64,000 nucleotides of DNA from Amoebophrya sp. A120 (GCA_905178155.1 CAJINV010000004.1:3885555-3949554); one strand, 5' to 3'; counted from the stretch's first letter, positions 36,843-49,651 are shown. Notes: a model not told the origin generated them from the letters alone. Translations and numbers: made by a program.

Positions 36843-39800
36843 ATGACGCGACATCATCTGCCGACGTCGCTGTTCCTGCTCCTGTTCACGACGACCAGCG
36901 GCGTTGTGGTTGTGGTTCAAGGCCTACTCCACTCTGCCAAGCAAATTACAGTCGGAGGTCGCCATGATAGTAGAGCTGCAGGTCAAGAACAAGAGGAGCA
37001 CCAGGAGCGGGGTCATCTTGAGAGGCGACTCGCCGAGGAGTTGTCCTCGTCCTCGTCGCAGGGACGGCGACCGGCTAAAAACGCACACTCGCAGGAGACG
37101 GTCAGTCCGCGACATTCAGCAGGTCCTCGTCACGCCGTGTTCGCGCATTTCTCCGGCCAACGCCGCGTGGAGGCCACAACTTTGCCTTTTCACGGAACAG
37201 GTACTATTAACGAGGATACAAATCAGCTTCAAATTCATGCGGACGTGCCCTTCGACGCTAGCGTGCTTTATAATTTCGCGACGAACTACCAAAAAGAAAC
37301 ATCATCTACTCCGCACTGGACGAGGACAACATCAGCAGCTAAAGCTGAACTAGCTGCGCCTCGGTTGCTCGTGCAGTCGTCTGCCCTCGATAATAAAAAT
37401 CATGAAGCTGCTGCTTCTGCTTCTGCTCGCCGCGAGGAGGGCCGGAGTACAAAAAAATCCTCCGAAGTGGAGATGCTGCGATTTGTGACGCCGTACGGGG
37501 CCCCAATGAACACGCTGGTGGACGTGACGCACTTCGCCCCGCTGCTGCTTCCAACTACTACTAGTGCCGGCGAGCAGATGAACAACTCCGAGTCAGCTAC
37601 GGGCGCGAATGAACGACAGGACGTCGTCGGCGAGAACATCATATCCTGTGCAAATAAAGTATCGCACTCGTAGTGATTGCAATCATGCATTGCAAATTTT
37701 TTTCTCAAGGTAAATCCGCACTACAAATTTGATTTGCAAAAATGCTGGGCGAATCTGTAATGCAATTTATACTACAACTACGAAACGCAAACGATGCTTT
37801 TGCATTGCATACATCAAGAACACTCCCATTACATTCTACGGGGACACGGGCTCTTTCATCTGGAACACAACCGCGAACCTGAACTCCAGGACGGTGATGT
37901 ACCAAAACGCCAGCACGGGCGTGTGCCGCGGGCTGCAAAACCAAACCGACCCGAACGGCTTTCGCTTTTCCGCGGAGCTGCTGTTTCTGAAGCGCCGGAA
38001 GAGGCCCGAAGAGGAAGTGGAAGGCGGTGGTGAACATGATCACATCAATGCCGCAATCGCTTTTTCATCTACATCATCTACTACAACTTCCGAACAGGGC
38101 ATATCGGTTGCAGAAAAGACCGAAGTAGAGGCGCGGTCGCCGCCGCGAGCAGGACCACATCTTCAATCTGTGGAGCGACCCGATGTAGGAGCTCAACACT
38201 ATACAAGGCTCCGGCGGGAAAATTATAAACCGGAAAACGCGCAGCGAGTCGACGGATTTCACGTGCTGGACGATGTGCCTCCTCCTCCAGCGAGTAACAA
38301 GTGGAAGATGAATGAACAACTCCAGGAAGACGGTGCCTTGCTGCCGCCTTCAATACGACCGCAACACGCCGCGCCCGGTGGAGACGAGGAAGCGGCGATT
38401 TTAGTGCAGAAGTCAGCGGGAAGGATAAGGAATGTCCTTTCGCCATCGCCAGCAGTCGACTTCTTGAACCAGGTAGCGGCCAACAAGTACGCCACGACCA
38501 GGAGTACAACTGCTGGAACGACAACGAGGACGAAGGCACGCGTTAGCATACAGAAGGGTGAATTTGCAGTGAATTTGTATTGCGTGGCATGATGCATGAA
38601 TTATGAATTAAGGGGCATATGAAGAACACGAGGAGGACACCAGGCAGTCAGCGTTCCGTGTAGTTGAAAGGCTAGCACTTGCCTGGTGCCATTTGGATGG
38701 TGACGCTCACTGTCAGAGCCTAAAGTAGAGACGCACGTCTTTGCTGCCTGGTGCGTTGCCAAGAAGCAAAGGCGGCCTGTGGCGATCTCACAATACAACA
38801 CTGCCTCTGCGGAGTCCATAGGGGGTCGAGAGGGAGGGGGCCGAAGCCTCAACAGGAGAGGGGCACTGGGTCAACATCTAAATGGGTAGCTCTCACGGGT
38901 TGCGGCTGGCTCGGCTTGGATGTCCTCTGGAGGCATGTTGCAATGGATGCTTGCATCGCCTGCTTTGCTCTGTAGCTCGCATCTCTCCAGTTGTGTTCCT
39001 GCCTCATCTTGTTCGGGTCCTCTAGTCTTCTTCGACGTGATCCCCAGGTCAGAAATTCTCCTGGTGAATTTTGAGGCTTTTTCTTTTTGTTAAACTTTTC
39101 TGGAGCTCCAAAACCCGGAGTTTCTCATGCGCTAGCGAATTTTGAGCAGGGACCGCAGGCCAAAATTCACTCCCGCCCTTTTCAAAATTCACCCCAAAAT
39201 TCACCGGGCGCCCCTTTTCGACCGTGATAAGCAAAATTCAGCGCAGAAAAGTGCTCAAGGAAGTCCGCAAATAGGCCCTGGGAAGTGGGGCCGAGGGGAA
39301 AAGACAAGCGCCCTCTGCTGCCCTCAGCCCGTCTATATTCTGCCGAAAAGGCCGGGAGAGTTCACACGCCTGCCGGATAGACGCGTCAAAGCTCCCGGCC
39401 TGGTCGTTTCACTCTTGCCTTCGCGCCTTCTTGCCTAATTGCTTTTGCTTCGCAGCACTTTCTTTTTGGCGTCTTTGCCGCGGCTGCTGCAGTGCTCTTA
39501 TGCGAGCACAGGGAGACGAATAGACATGGCCAAAGAACGGCACCCAGGCCATGTCTAGAAGCTGCCCGCCGCATAAGCCTTGACTTCTGCGGTGTGCAGA
39601 ACCCACTTCCCAGAAGGCCAAGAGGGACAATGTCCCGGCGGACTCATCTGCAATTTGTCATGCAAAATTCACTACAAATTCGCCACTTCTCATGCTAACG
39701 GGTGTTAAAGCTCTAGACAAGCACGACACGACCAGGAGTACAACTGCTGGAACGACAACGAGGACGGAAGCACGCGCGCCTGCTGTTGTTGATGTTTCGC

Positions 39801-39848
39801 AAGATGAAGTTGTTGACCAGCAAGCCGAAGAAGAAAAAACGATAGAGG

Positions 39849-39890
<42 letters not shown>

Positions 39891-42800
39891 AAGGAACAAT
39901 AGCTACGGCTGCAACATTGTTGGAGAAGATGAAATTGAGGCGCAATAGAAGAGGTACCAGCGGTGTATTAGTACCTTCCACGCAGAAAAGTAAAAATGGA
40001 AACTACAGGTCCTCCAGCACCTCCATTGAAGATTCTGAGGTTGCCCTTGCCTCTGCGGTATCGAATTCGCAGAGAAACAAGAGGAAAAGGAACATCGAGG
40101 ACCACATGAGCAGCGGGTTTTCAAAACTCGCAGACCATGAAAAATTTGAGCCGAAGCTTGTGCTGGACCAGAAGCCACTCGCCGCCCTTTCGTTCGGCCG
40201 GCGGACCACCTCCGCGTCGAAAGTACAACAGGAGCAGCCGCTTTGCTCTGCTTTGCGCCCCACCACCTTCATTCCGGTTCTCTCCGAGCACCGGGGACGG
40301 GCGTTTGGGAAAATTACCAGCGCGGAGGCGAACGTGACAAGCACCGGCCGCGTGGTTGTCTTGGGCACCACGGCAGGAGGACACGACATCAGCGGTGGTG
40401 CAGCGCCGGCTAACGGCGCCACGATAAGTGATAGTGGTGCAAGTAGTACTAAAGATCACGATGAGGCCGCAAGAACACAAGCGAGGACTTCTCTACAGCA
40501 GTTTCTGGACGGCTATAATGCCACAACCTCCAGTATTTCTGTGCACTCTTGCCCCGACGGGATGGACCCCTTCCGGGAACAGCTGCGCCAGCTGAAACAG
40601 CTGCACGAGCTCCGCAGCTCCTTGGAGCAGCCGACGGTGACAGAACGCATCCAGGCCGAGACCGCCGTCGCGAGCTACCTGTTCGAAGAAAAGGCCCCGC
40701 TGGCGCTGGTGCCGCTGACCGCGACTAGTGGAAACATTAAAATGGGCCTCACAGGAAGTCGTGCAGCAGCTCTTGAGGACACAAGTGTCGGGGCGGGGGC
40801 AGCTACGAGCTTCTTGTCGACGTCTTCAAACGCGGCCGGAAGTGTTTACGATCCCGCGGTCGTGGCGCAACCAGATGAGAAGATGAACAACAACGTGACA
40901 GCAGCATCCGCCGCCGGCACAATACCTCCTTCTAGCCGGGTCGTCCAAGTGACTGCGCAGTTGCCCCTCCGGTTGCTTAGCCAGCTCTTGAACAGCAGCA
41001 GCAGCATCACCACCCGGAACAATGAGACTGACAGCAAAAGTCCATCCACGACTGCTCTGCCGGTGTTTTTTAACCGCCTGGTCACCGACACGGAGATGCC
41101 CACGGGGGAGGAGGAGGACTTCGGCTTGCGTTTTTGGTGGAACATGAGTACCCCACTCACCCCGATCGGCTCCATCGACTTGCGCAGTTTACGGGAAGTA
41201 GAAGTTCGTGAGCTGATGAAAAACGATACTGTAGAAGAAGTTGCAACCCAGAACACGACAACAAACTTGGCGGAAGTGGACGAAAAAGATCTTTCCCCGG
41301 ATGAACAGAATGAGCAAGACGAGGACGGAAACAATAAACTAATCTCCGTTTTTGCCGAGGTCCAGCTGAATGAAGACGTTGACGAAAGTTGTGTGCCCGC
41401 CACCCGAGGCGGACCCGGCGAGGGGGGACAGGCACTGCAGGTGGAGGAAAGCCTGTTTCCGAATTTGATGATGGCCGTGAACATGCGCGACGCGGTATCA
41501 TTTGTAAAAGCGTCCCCGCACGACCAGAGTCAAGATGGGAAATCCGCTAGACAAATCAGCCAGCTTTGGTCGTTTGGCATGACAAGTTTGTCCTCGTAGT
41601 GTAATCCTCTTTAGGTAGTTCAGCAGGATGACAGATCTAGTATATCATTCTGATTATAGCATCACAAATTCCAAAACACGGCCAGACAATGCCTCCTATG
41701 GCGCTCCGCATGAGAAACTTTTTTTGCATGCAGATTTGCATGACAGCGCTGGGGTGGGGACGTTTTTACTCAGAATACGCGGTGGACTACGTGAGCAAAA
41801 TGATGGCGGACGCGATATGGCGTTCTCAACTGTTACATTCTCAACTGTTACATGAATTTGTCATGCAAGACTGGCAAAAGTGAAAGGAGGAAGATTGCGC
41901 CTTTTGCATTACAAGTTTGGCGCAGATTTAGATGCTGTTTAGCACTTCCGACATTTGTCATGCGAAGCAGCTCGATCATCTGGCGGCTGAAGGCACTTTT
42001 GCATGACAAATCCATGTAACAGTTGAGAATGTAACGTTTGAGAGCGCCATACGCGAAAAACGACTCCGCGCTGCTCGGTGTAGAAGTCGAGTATCCTGAG
42101 TTTAAGACGTCCCCACCCCAGAGTTGAGTTCTTGGCGTGCAGATTTGCAGTTACAGGAAGATTTGTAATGCGCATCCCCATGATGAGTGGCATTTCCAAT
42201 TGACTTTTGGAATTTGTAGTGCTGTATGTAAACAGGATAAGCAGATGGCTTTGCGGTGCGGCTGCACCTCCTAAACTGCACTACAATACGGAGAGGGACC
42301 TGTCATGCGTGACTCCTTAGAGTTCTGGATTTGTCTTGCGCGATCCACATCTTGGCTCTGGGGTGGGGACTTTTTTGCACAGGATATTATCGAGAGGAAC
42401 GCTGTCAATATCTCCTGCACAGTCGAGGGGAGCAGTAGTGTTGGGCAGCAAGAAGATGAAGCTGAAACGTCGCCCAACGCCGTGACAGGACGTCTGGACG
42501 ACACCGGGGACGATAGCGCTAGCAGTCAAACTGGTGAGAACAGCACGTACCTCGTGGAGCATTTGCGATCCAAGATCCGACGTCTGCGCGACGAACCCCT
42601 GTGGCTGGAGGCTGCAAGGTCGAAACTGGGCACGCTGGTGCGGAATGAAGGGTACCTGGACGAAGACACGAAGGAGGGACTTTATAATTTCCAGATAGTC
42701 GTGCAAAATGAAAATACGAATGAAAACACAAACTGCAGTGCGGCCAATGATGACGTTGACAATCATGTTGACGAGCAGGAAAAAATGCACCGCGTCTGCC

Positions 42801-45800
42801 TTTTGCAGCTTCCCGTGCCCGTATCAATGCGAAAGGATGATATCATTACAGGCGAAAATGAACTCCTTCTCCCCTTTGCCACCGCAGACTTTGTGATTCC
42901 GTCCGTAGAACAAAACCAGGAGAACGAAACCAGCGGCAGCTCGCTGCTCTCCGCGTTCACTTCTGACGATGATGAAAAGCAGCCAAGAACTTCTGCTGCC
43001 AAAAACAGGACATTTGTCGCGCACCTGGTCGCCACCGGGCACGGGTGGGAGAATATCACACAGAAAAAAGTCGGCAGGTCACATTTGTAATGCAAAACTA
43101 AATACACAAAAAAATCTGTATTGCATATCCTAAACAGCATGCTATGGGGCCGCCCATGACAGTTTTTTCTGTGTATTTGATTTTGCATTACACGTATGCC
43201 CTGCCTGCTTTTTTCTCTGGGATAGAGAAGACCAGTCTGCAGTGCGGCGAGTACTGCAAAGTGCAGTACCGGTTCCGCTTCGAGCCCGTCGCTATGCATT
43301 TTCGCAAAAGTATCGTACTACCACGTAGAATACATGGGATGACAATAGTACATTTCGACGTCAGCATGAGACACGAAATCATCTGTAATGCGGATTTGGC
43401 TCAAGTGCGCCGAGTAGATTTGTATGACTATGCACGACTCCTGTGTTGATTACTGCGAGTGCGATGCTTTTACATTTCATACTAGTCGAGGGGGCGGTCG
43501 TACAAGACACAGAAACAATTCCGCAGAATGAAGATCACAGGAACACTTCCTACACCGTCCGCCAGTGGCGCGAAGACTGCAAGTGGAACCCCAACGGCGC
43601 GACGCAGGGCGGGACCTGGTGGGAAAGCCGCAACGGTTGGTGCCCCGGCGCGGTGAGTATCCTGAGTAAAAACGTACCCACACCAGAGTTGTAATGCAAA
43701 TCTGCATGCTGAAAATGTTTCTCATTTGGAGCTCCATGAGAAGCATTTTCTAGTCGTGTTTTGCAATTTGTCATGCTCCAATCAGCATGGTATGATAGAT
43801 CTCTGATGCTGCTGAGCTAGCTCAAACAGCACTACACTACGAATCCAAATTTGTCATGCAAAACAGCCAAAACTTGTGGATAATCCACAAGTTTTGGCTG
43901 TCTCCCCAGTTTTGGCTGTCTCCCCTAGACAAATCCAGGATTTGTCTAGCCGATTCCCCATCTTGACTCTGGTGTGGGTACGTTTTTACTCAGGATAGTG
44001 AGTGTGGGGAGTTTTGTGGATGTGTCGAAGAGTTTCGATATCGTGGCTCAGGAAGATGTATGAACTGCAAAAGTATCGTACTCGTATAAATGCATTACAA
44101 ATTTCCTCAGCATGAGAAATAAATCTTGTAATGCTGATTTACCAAAGGAAAATGCATGATTGCACTTACTACGAGTGCGATACTTTTGCACAGAATAAGA
44201 CGAAGAAAACGCGGCGTCATTGTCTGCAACCTTTTTCGGCGGCGAAGAACAAGATAAAAGTAGCCGGTTATTTCGGCTATCGTAAGGAAAATCCACCCCC
44301 CTCCCCTTATCGAAAAGAAAATTTGCGATGCTGATTTGTGACCACAAATCAGCTTCGTCTTGCGTACAAGGCAAACGGCACCGGTGTGGCGCATGGTGCA
44401 GCGAGTCTGTCATGCGTTTTCGCCTTTTCTAGAGTTGTTTCTCATGCTCACAGCTGCTAGCCGGATGCGTAGTACCCAAATGGGCTTAGAATATTATGCC
44501 GACAGGCTCTTGCTGCAATACAAAGTTCATCTGTGTACACAAATCCAGCGACACAAATTGTCTATGTCTTTTGATGAATATGGGGCGGGGGCTTCTTTCA
44601 CTTTGATATCGGCTGTATCTCTACGCCACCGTCTGGAACAACGACACGCAGGCGTTTGAGCCCTTTGTCGACTACGGAGGTTTTCTCGATGAGCAGCGCA
44701 GTACCCTGCACCTGCAGCTGAACCTCATGGTCTACGACCAACCCTGCCAGGTCCCGGAACAGCTGCGGCTGCCGTACGAGTGGCATAAAAACGAGGGTGA
44801 TTTAAGGCACCTTGACGGAGCAGCTGCGCCACTAGGTGGAGGCACTGCTACTGCGGAAGAAACGAGCGACTACGTGGAAGATAGTGATGACGGACTCGAA
44901 AATCCAAACGTCCCAGACACCAGCCAAGAATCTGCACTCGACCAGCAGTATGGATTGCAAATATGTCTGGGTCTGGAAACTTGTAATGCTAAAAGTGAAT
45001 AATAGACGCGCCGCACTACGCAGCTATGCATGACAAATTTTGTGGCTGCCATGTCTTAAGTACGTATTCCGCATGGCAAACTGCCTTTTCGCATGACAGT
45101 TAAGGGGGCTCTTTCGTACCTATGCAACACAGATTCTCGACTCATGCCAGACAAGCATGACAAACTTGCATTCTTCCAGACCCAGACACTTTTGCATTTG
45201 ATAAGCAGATTAAGGAGGCGCGGAGAGTTGCCGAGTGGCTCACGAGTGAAGATGGTGCTTCGAATTATAGCTCCGATGGTCCTGCAGCTGCATCAGAAGA
45301 TGCAAATACGCCACGCAGTCTACTTGCACAAGATACCTCTGGCCTGGTCCGGTTTCCGGAACAATCTAGTACAACTAGTTCAGTTGTGCCGTCGCGCTCG
45401 CAGCTACAGTCGTTTTCCAATGGAAAGAAAAATTCGACTTTTGATGTCGTGGAAACACCGCAAGGGAACGACGAGCTTTTACATATTCCTGCAGATATGC
45501 ATTGCAAATATGTCTGGTCATCTGGAAGAATGCAAAGTTTGTCATGCTCGGCCAGCATGATTCTCAAGTCTGTCATGCACGTTACTTATAGTAAAAGCAT
45601 CCTTCACAGTTTTCTGTCACACAGAAACGCAGTTTGCCATGCAGAACAGCAGGCAACACCTAGCAGCTGAGAAACTTGTCATGCGTGGCCGCCAGTTGAG
45701 ACCAGACGTCGTCTTCATGATTCTCCAGCCAGCATCACAGACAAGTGTCCAGACCGAGGCATATTTGCAAGGCATACCAGAAGTGCTCGAACAACACGAG

Positions 45801-46989
45801 GATCGTCGTTCTCCTTTCGGGGATCATATCAACTGCAAAAAATATCCCTGGATGTTGTCTGGAAGGTTGAAACTTGTGATGCTGTCTTTGGATTTCAAAG
45901 AAATCTGTATTGCATGACGACCAGCAAGAGGTCGAGGAGTCCCGTCTGTGCTACGCGGCGAGGGCATTTCTCATGATGCGGAATTGGCATCAGGAAGCCC
46001 GCTAAACATCTGTGATGCTAGGTCATGCATTACAGACGAGACGTCATGGGTCGTCATGCAAAACATGCATGACATTGTCAGGTTTGTCAGACAAACCTGG
46101 CAATGATCTTCCAGACCCCGACACATTTTTTGTACTTGATAGCGGCCGCTTCCACCGCAACGTCGTGGCACCTTCTGCCCGACAACTACTTCCGTACTAG
46201 TGTCTCTGACCCCGCCGCCGTTCGGTCGGGCGATGTTGAGGGTGACAAAAATCCTTGGCGTCGTGAAGAAGATGAGACAACAAGAAGTGCGGCGGCGCTC
46301 TATTACAATGAAAAATGCCCCCACCCCAGGATTTGCAAAAGTTTCTGATGCAAAGTTTCCAAAAGAAAACAACTTTTTATCTTGCATGGAAGGACTGCGA
46401 GTCTTTCTGATGCAGAATCTAGGCGCGCAAGGTATCTTTTGCATCTTTGCATAAGGGATCCGGCTGGTGCTGCTGGGCTCTTTGCAATACAAATTTGAGC
46501 TATTCAGCATGGAAAATTTGTGATGCTGATATTATATGCAGACCAAGACGTGGCGGAATGTTGTTTCTATTGGAAAGGTTTGCAATGCAAATGCCGCCAA
46601 GTAGTTGGTTCTGGGGTGGGGGTATTTTTCATTTCAATACGCTCTACCAGAACGGAACGCAAAGCGGCAGTGGTGTCGACCAGTCGATCCTTTTCTCGGA
46701 GAACTGGGACTTTGGCGCGGCGGCTGAGCGGGAATACCAGAGGTTCCAGCTCGCGCGCGAACTGGGGAGTGCGAATGTCGTAAAATCCGTGCTGTTGTTC
46801 AACGAAACCCCGAAAGCTGGACGAGTGACGTTCGAAAATCGGCAGGAGCTGTTCGGCGCGGAGGTGCTGGAGAAAGGGGGGTTTGATCAAATCGTCTTGC
46901 ACTTCCAACTGCTCGGACCCGGTGGCAATTTGACGATCGATCCCTGGGACCGGCTGGGATCTTTCGGCATGGTGTTGGAGTCGAACTAG
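36843..46989 (+). CDS. Large secreted peptide-N-glycosidase F-like protein
   Basis: Signal-like MTRHHLPTSLFLLLF; EMLRFVTPY..VDVTHFAPLL; TGHGWEK..CGEYC; WREDCKWNP..QGGTWWESRNGWCPG; C-terminal DPWDRLGS. Thirteen short TIR introns plus a 1.16-kb insertion; frames are compatible throughout. Confidence 0.78.
37642..37811. mobile_element. Introner TIR element, family C
   Basis: TIR; TSD CATCA. Confidence 0.88.
38541..39700. mobile_element. 1.16-kb inverted-repeat-bounded insertion flanked by a ~60-bp duplication of coding sequence
   Basis: Ends CGTTAGCAT..AGAAG..GAATTTG.AGTGAATTT and its reverse complement; direct repeat 38482-38542 / 39716-39776. Confidence 0.7.
39851..39890 (+). repeat. (CCACGA)n coding microsatellite (Pro-Arg repeat)
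   Basis: About 6.5 perfect hexamer units. Confidence 0.9.
41496..41777. mobile_element. Introner TIR element, family D
   Basis: TIR; TSD CGCGG. Confidence 0.9.
41816..42051. mobile_element. Introner TIR element, family B
   Basis: TIR; TSD CGCGA. Confidence 0.92.
42092..42386. mobile_element. Introner TIR element, family D
   Basis: TIR; TSD TCGAG, with an extra TTA before the right copy. Confidence 0.87.
43054..43224. mobile_element. Introner TIR element, family H
   Basis: TATCACACAGAAAAAAGTCGGCAGG TIR; TSD GAGAA. Confidence 0.88.
43293..43481. mobile_element. Introner TIR element, family C (diverged)
   Basis: TIR; TSD GTCGC/GTCGA, with an extra CTA. Confidence 0.82.
43658..43997. mobile_element. 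Introner TIR element, family D
   Basis: Perfect ~32-bp TIR; TSD GTGAG; internal tandem duplication of AGTTTTGGCTGTCTCCCC. Confidence 0.92.
44059..44197. mobile_element. Introner TIR element, family C
   Basis: TIR; TSD AGATG/AGACG. Confidence 0.88.
44278..44608. mobile_element. Introner TIR element, family I
   Basis: TATCGTAAGGAAAATCCACCCCCCTCCCC end; TSD TCGGC. Confidence 0.85.
44949..45203. mobile_element. Introner TIR element, family A (reverse orientation)
   Basis: TIR; TSD AGCAG. Confidence 0.9.
45496..45776. mobile_element. Introner TIR element, family A
   Basis: TIR; TSD GCAGA/CCAGA. Confidence 0.85.
45827..46141. mobile_element. Introner TIR element, family A (TSD decayed)
   Basis: TIR; flanks GATCA/GCGGC, but the frame still needs element + 5 nt removed. 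Confidence 0.82.
46301..46639. mobile_element. Introner TIR element, family J
   Basis: TATTACAATGAAAAATGCCCCCACCCCAG TIR; TSD CGCTC. Confidence 0.9.
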
Positions 46990-47440
46990 GTACGACCATG
47001 GAAATAAGTAACGTAGCTCCGCATTTTTGAAGATTTATTTTTCTTGATAAAATTGCCTTGCGGAGTCTCGTCTGCCAAGCGATGGATCTACAGCTCTCAT
47101 GCTGCAACTACACCTTAAGGTCAAAAAGAAATAAATCAACGTACCGCTCGGAGCATTGACAAATGAACGTACTTTCTGTTCCTGTATGGTCACAATGTTT
47201 TATTTGAAGTATTGATACAAATACTTCTTCAGTGATTTCACCTTCACTTCGCCTCCATTCCTTCCAGAGACCGTCGTGGTGTCTCTCGTCTCTCCGCCCT
47301 AGGAGGGCAACGCATAGAACAATAGCTGGCGGAAGTTCTTTCTGAGAGACGGGAGGAGAGCAACATAGTCACAAACTATGAGGGAGGTGTGCGTGTCGTT
47401 GTGCAGGTGCAGACAAGAGTGCAACAAACAAAAGGAGTGT

Positions 47441-47804
47441 NNNNNNNNNNNNNNNNNNNNNNNNNNNNNNNNNNNNNNNNNNNNNNNNNNNNNNNNNNNN
47501 NNNNNNNNNNNNNNNNNNNNNNNNNNNNNNNNNNNNNNNNNNNNNNNNNNNNNNNNNNNNNNNNNNNNNNNNNNNNNNNNNNNNNNNNNNNNNNNNNNNN
47601 NNNNNNNNNNNNNNNNNNNNNNNNNNNNNNNNNNNNNNNNNNNNNNNNNNNNNNNNNNNNNNNNNNNNNNNNNNNNNNNNNNNNNNNNNNNNNNNNNNNN
47701 NNNNNNNNNNNNNNNNNNNNNNNNNNNNNNNNNNNNNNNNNNNNNNNNNNNNNNNNNNNNNNNNNNNNNNNNNNNNNNNNNNNNNNNNNNNNNNNNNNNN
47801 NNNN
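47441..47804. other. Assembly gap (364 N)
   Basis: Run of N. Confidence 1.
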
Positions 47805-48615
47805 TATGTAGTGAGGTCACCGAACGGTTCTAACCAGGGAGTTTTTTTGACAGCCAGACAGCAAAACGGCCGTCAGTTTTCAAGCGGGCGGAAGCGTTTT
47901 TTGACAAAAAAGATTCTCAATTATCAAGCGGGCAGAGCGTTGCTGGCAAACAAGCCCGGTCGAAAACTATCGACTCGCACTTGATAAAACGACGCAGGGG
48001 AGCCGGCAAAAGGGGCGCCCTTCTGAGGCGCCCACCGCCTTGGTTTCTGCCGATTTGGGGAGCCCAAAAAGGGGCGCGCAAAAAACGCGCCCAAAATCAG
48101 AACAGCGAAACAGCATGGCACGGCCGCGATTTCCGAGCATTTTGGGCGGCCGCGAAAGCGGCCGCCTTTTCGCCGGTTTTAGAGCCGGGGAAGCTTTGCA
48201 AAAAGCGCCGGCGGGAAAAATAAAAACGCGAAAAATAAAAAGCGCCCCAGACGCGCAAAGCCAATCCGCATGCTATGGGCCCGGTTTTTCTTCGCTTTTT
48301 GGGCGCCCCCCTTGGCACCCGGATCGGCCCCATAGCATCGGGGCTGGCTTTCGGAAAGGAATTTTGGAAATGTTCCAAAATTTGTGACGTTTCCCAAGTG
48401 GCCGCAATACCGTGCGGCATAACGTTACTCACGGCGGTATGGCGAGCCCAGAAATAGCAAAGCCGCGGCCAAGGCGGCGGTCGGCAAAAAAACGCCCACG
48501 ACCTCACTACCCCCGCCCCGGCGGCTATATTTCGTAGAAAATGAAGCTCCGTCTGACGAGGGCCAGCGCGGCGGCGCTGGCCCGAAATCCGAAAATGAAG
48601 TGTGAGAATCCGAAA

Positions 48616-48940
48616 AAAGTGAAATCTCACTGAGATTTCACTTTCTGCACTGGAGCCCAGTGCGCCATGGAAAGTGAAATTTTTCAAAAAGTGAAATTCC
48701 ACTGGAATTTCACTTTTGGAAAATGAAATTTTGGAAAAAGTGAAATTTCACTGGAAAATGAAATTTTTCAAAAATTGAACTTTCACTTTTTGAAGGTCTC
48801 ATGTTTTAGCCTCCCAAAAGTGAAACTCCACTGGAAAATGGCATGACAAGATTTCACTTTCAGAAAGTGAAACTTCATCGGGATTTCGCTTTTTTTCAGT
48901 GCCGCACCGAAAGAGGAGTGAAATCTCACTGAGATTTCGC
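48616..48940. repeat. Cluster of palindromic GTGAAAT-NN-CACTG-NN-ATTTCAC motifs
   Basis: Perfect dyads at 48616-48644 and ~48687-48717; partial copies at ~48738, ~48817, ~48918. Confidence 0.85.
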
Positions 48941-49651
48941 TGCGTTTTGAATTTCCAGTCGGGCTCCATCCTTCCCTCCCTTTTCTGAAGCAAATGGCGT
49001 GAGGGCATTTTTAAGAGTGTGCATGTAGTGCACAGGCACAGGAATTGCCCGCTTTGTATTATTCTTATTGTATATGAGTCGTTGTCGTGCTGGTATTGGT
49101 AGGAGATCATGGCCCGCGCAGCATTTCATTTGTATGGGGGCATTTATGAAGCAGGGAGCGCCGCGTTGTGTAGGTGCCCGTGTGAAGTATTGCCGTTCTC
49201 GCCTCCCAGTGTTTTGCAGAAAAATTTTCCGGTGAAGAGGGGGGGGCTTTTCCGATCCATGAGTGTAAGTGTTTTTTACTACGTATAAAGATAAACCTCT
49301 TTAACTGCAGTTCATGTGGATGTTGTAGTTCCCAGGGGTCACCAGTGACTTTTTCACGTTCTCCAATTCGTCGTCCTGCCACCAGCACGTCTACTCAACA
49401 TCTGACGTAGTCGCTGCAAGACCTCCTCCGGACCGGACCTCCAGTCTTATTTATCAGCTCTACTAGGACCACCGGGGCGGGTCGACTTGACCTTGAGTTG
49501 AGGTTGTCGAGGTAGTAGTTGTTCTTTCCATCTGAGAAATTTTCGCCTCGAGGCTAGTACAGTCTTTTTCATCTTGTCAGCGACCACCTGGAGTAAGTAG
49601 TAGAGAATGAAGCTCCGTCTGACGAGGGCCAGCGCGGCGGCGCTGGCTTCT

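Noticed and set aside
43395-43405. TTTGGCTCAAG resembling the 3' end of the dinoflagellate spliced leader
   Set aside because: Only an 11-nt match, inside a diverged introner and not upstream of a gene start.
47299-47833. ORFs spanning poly-X
   Set aside because: Artefacts of the N gap.
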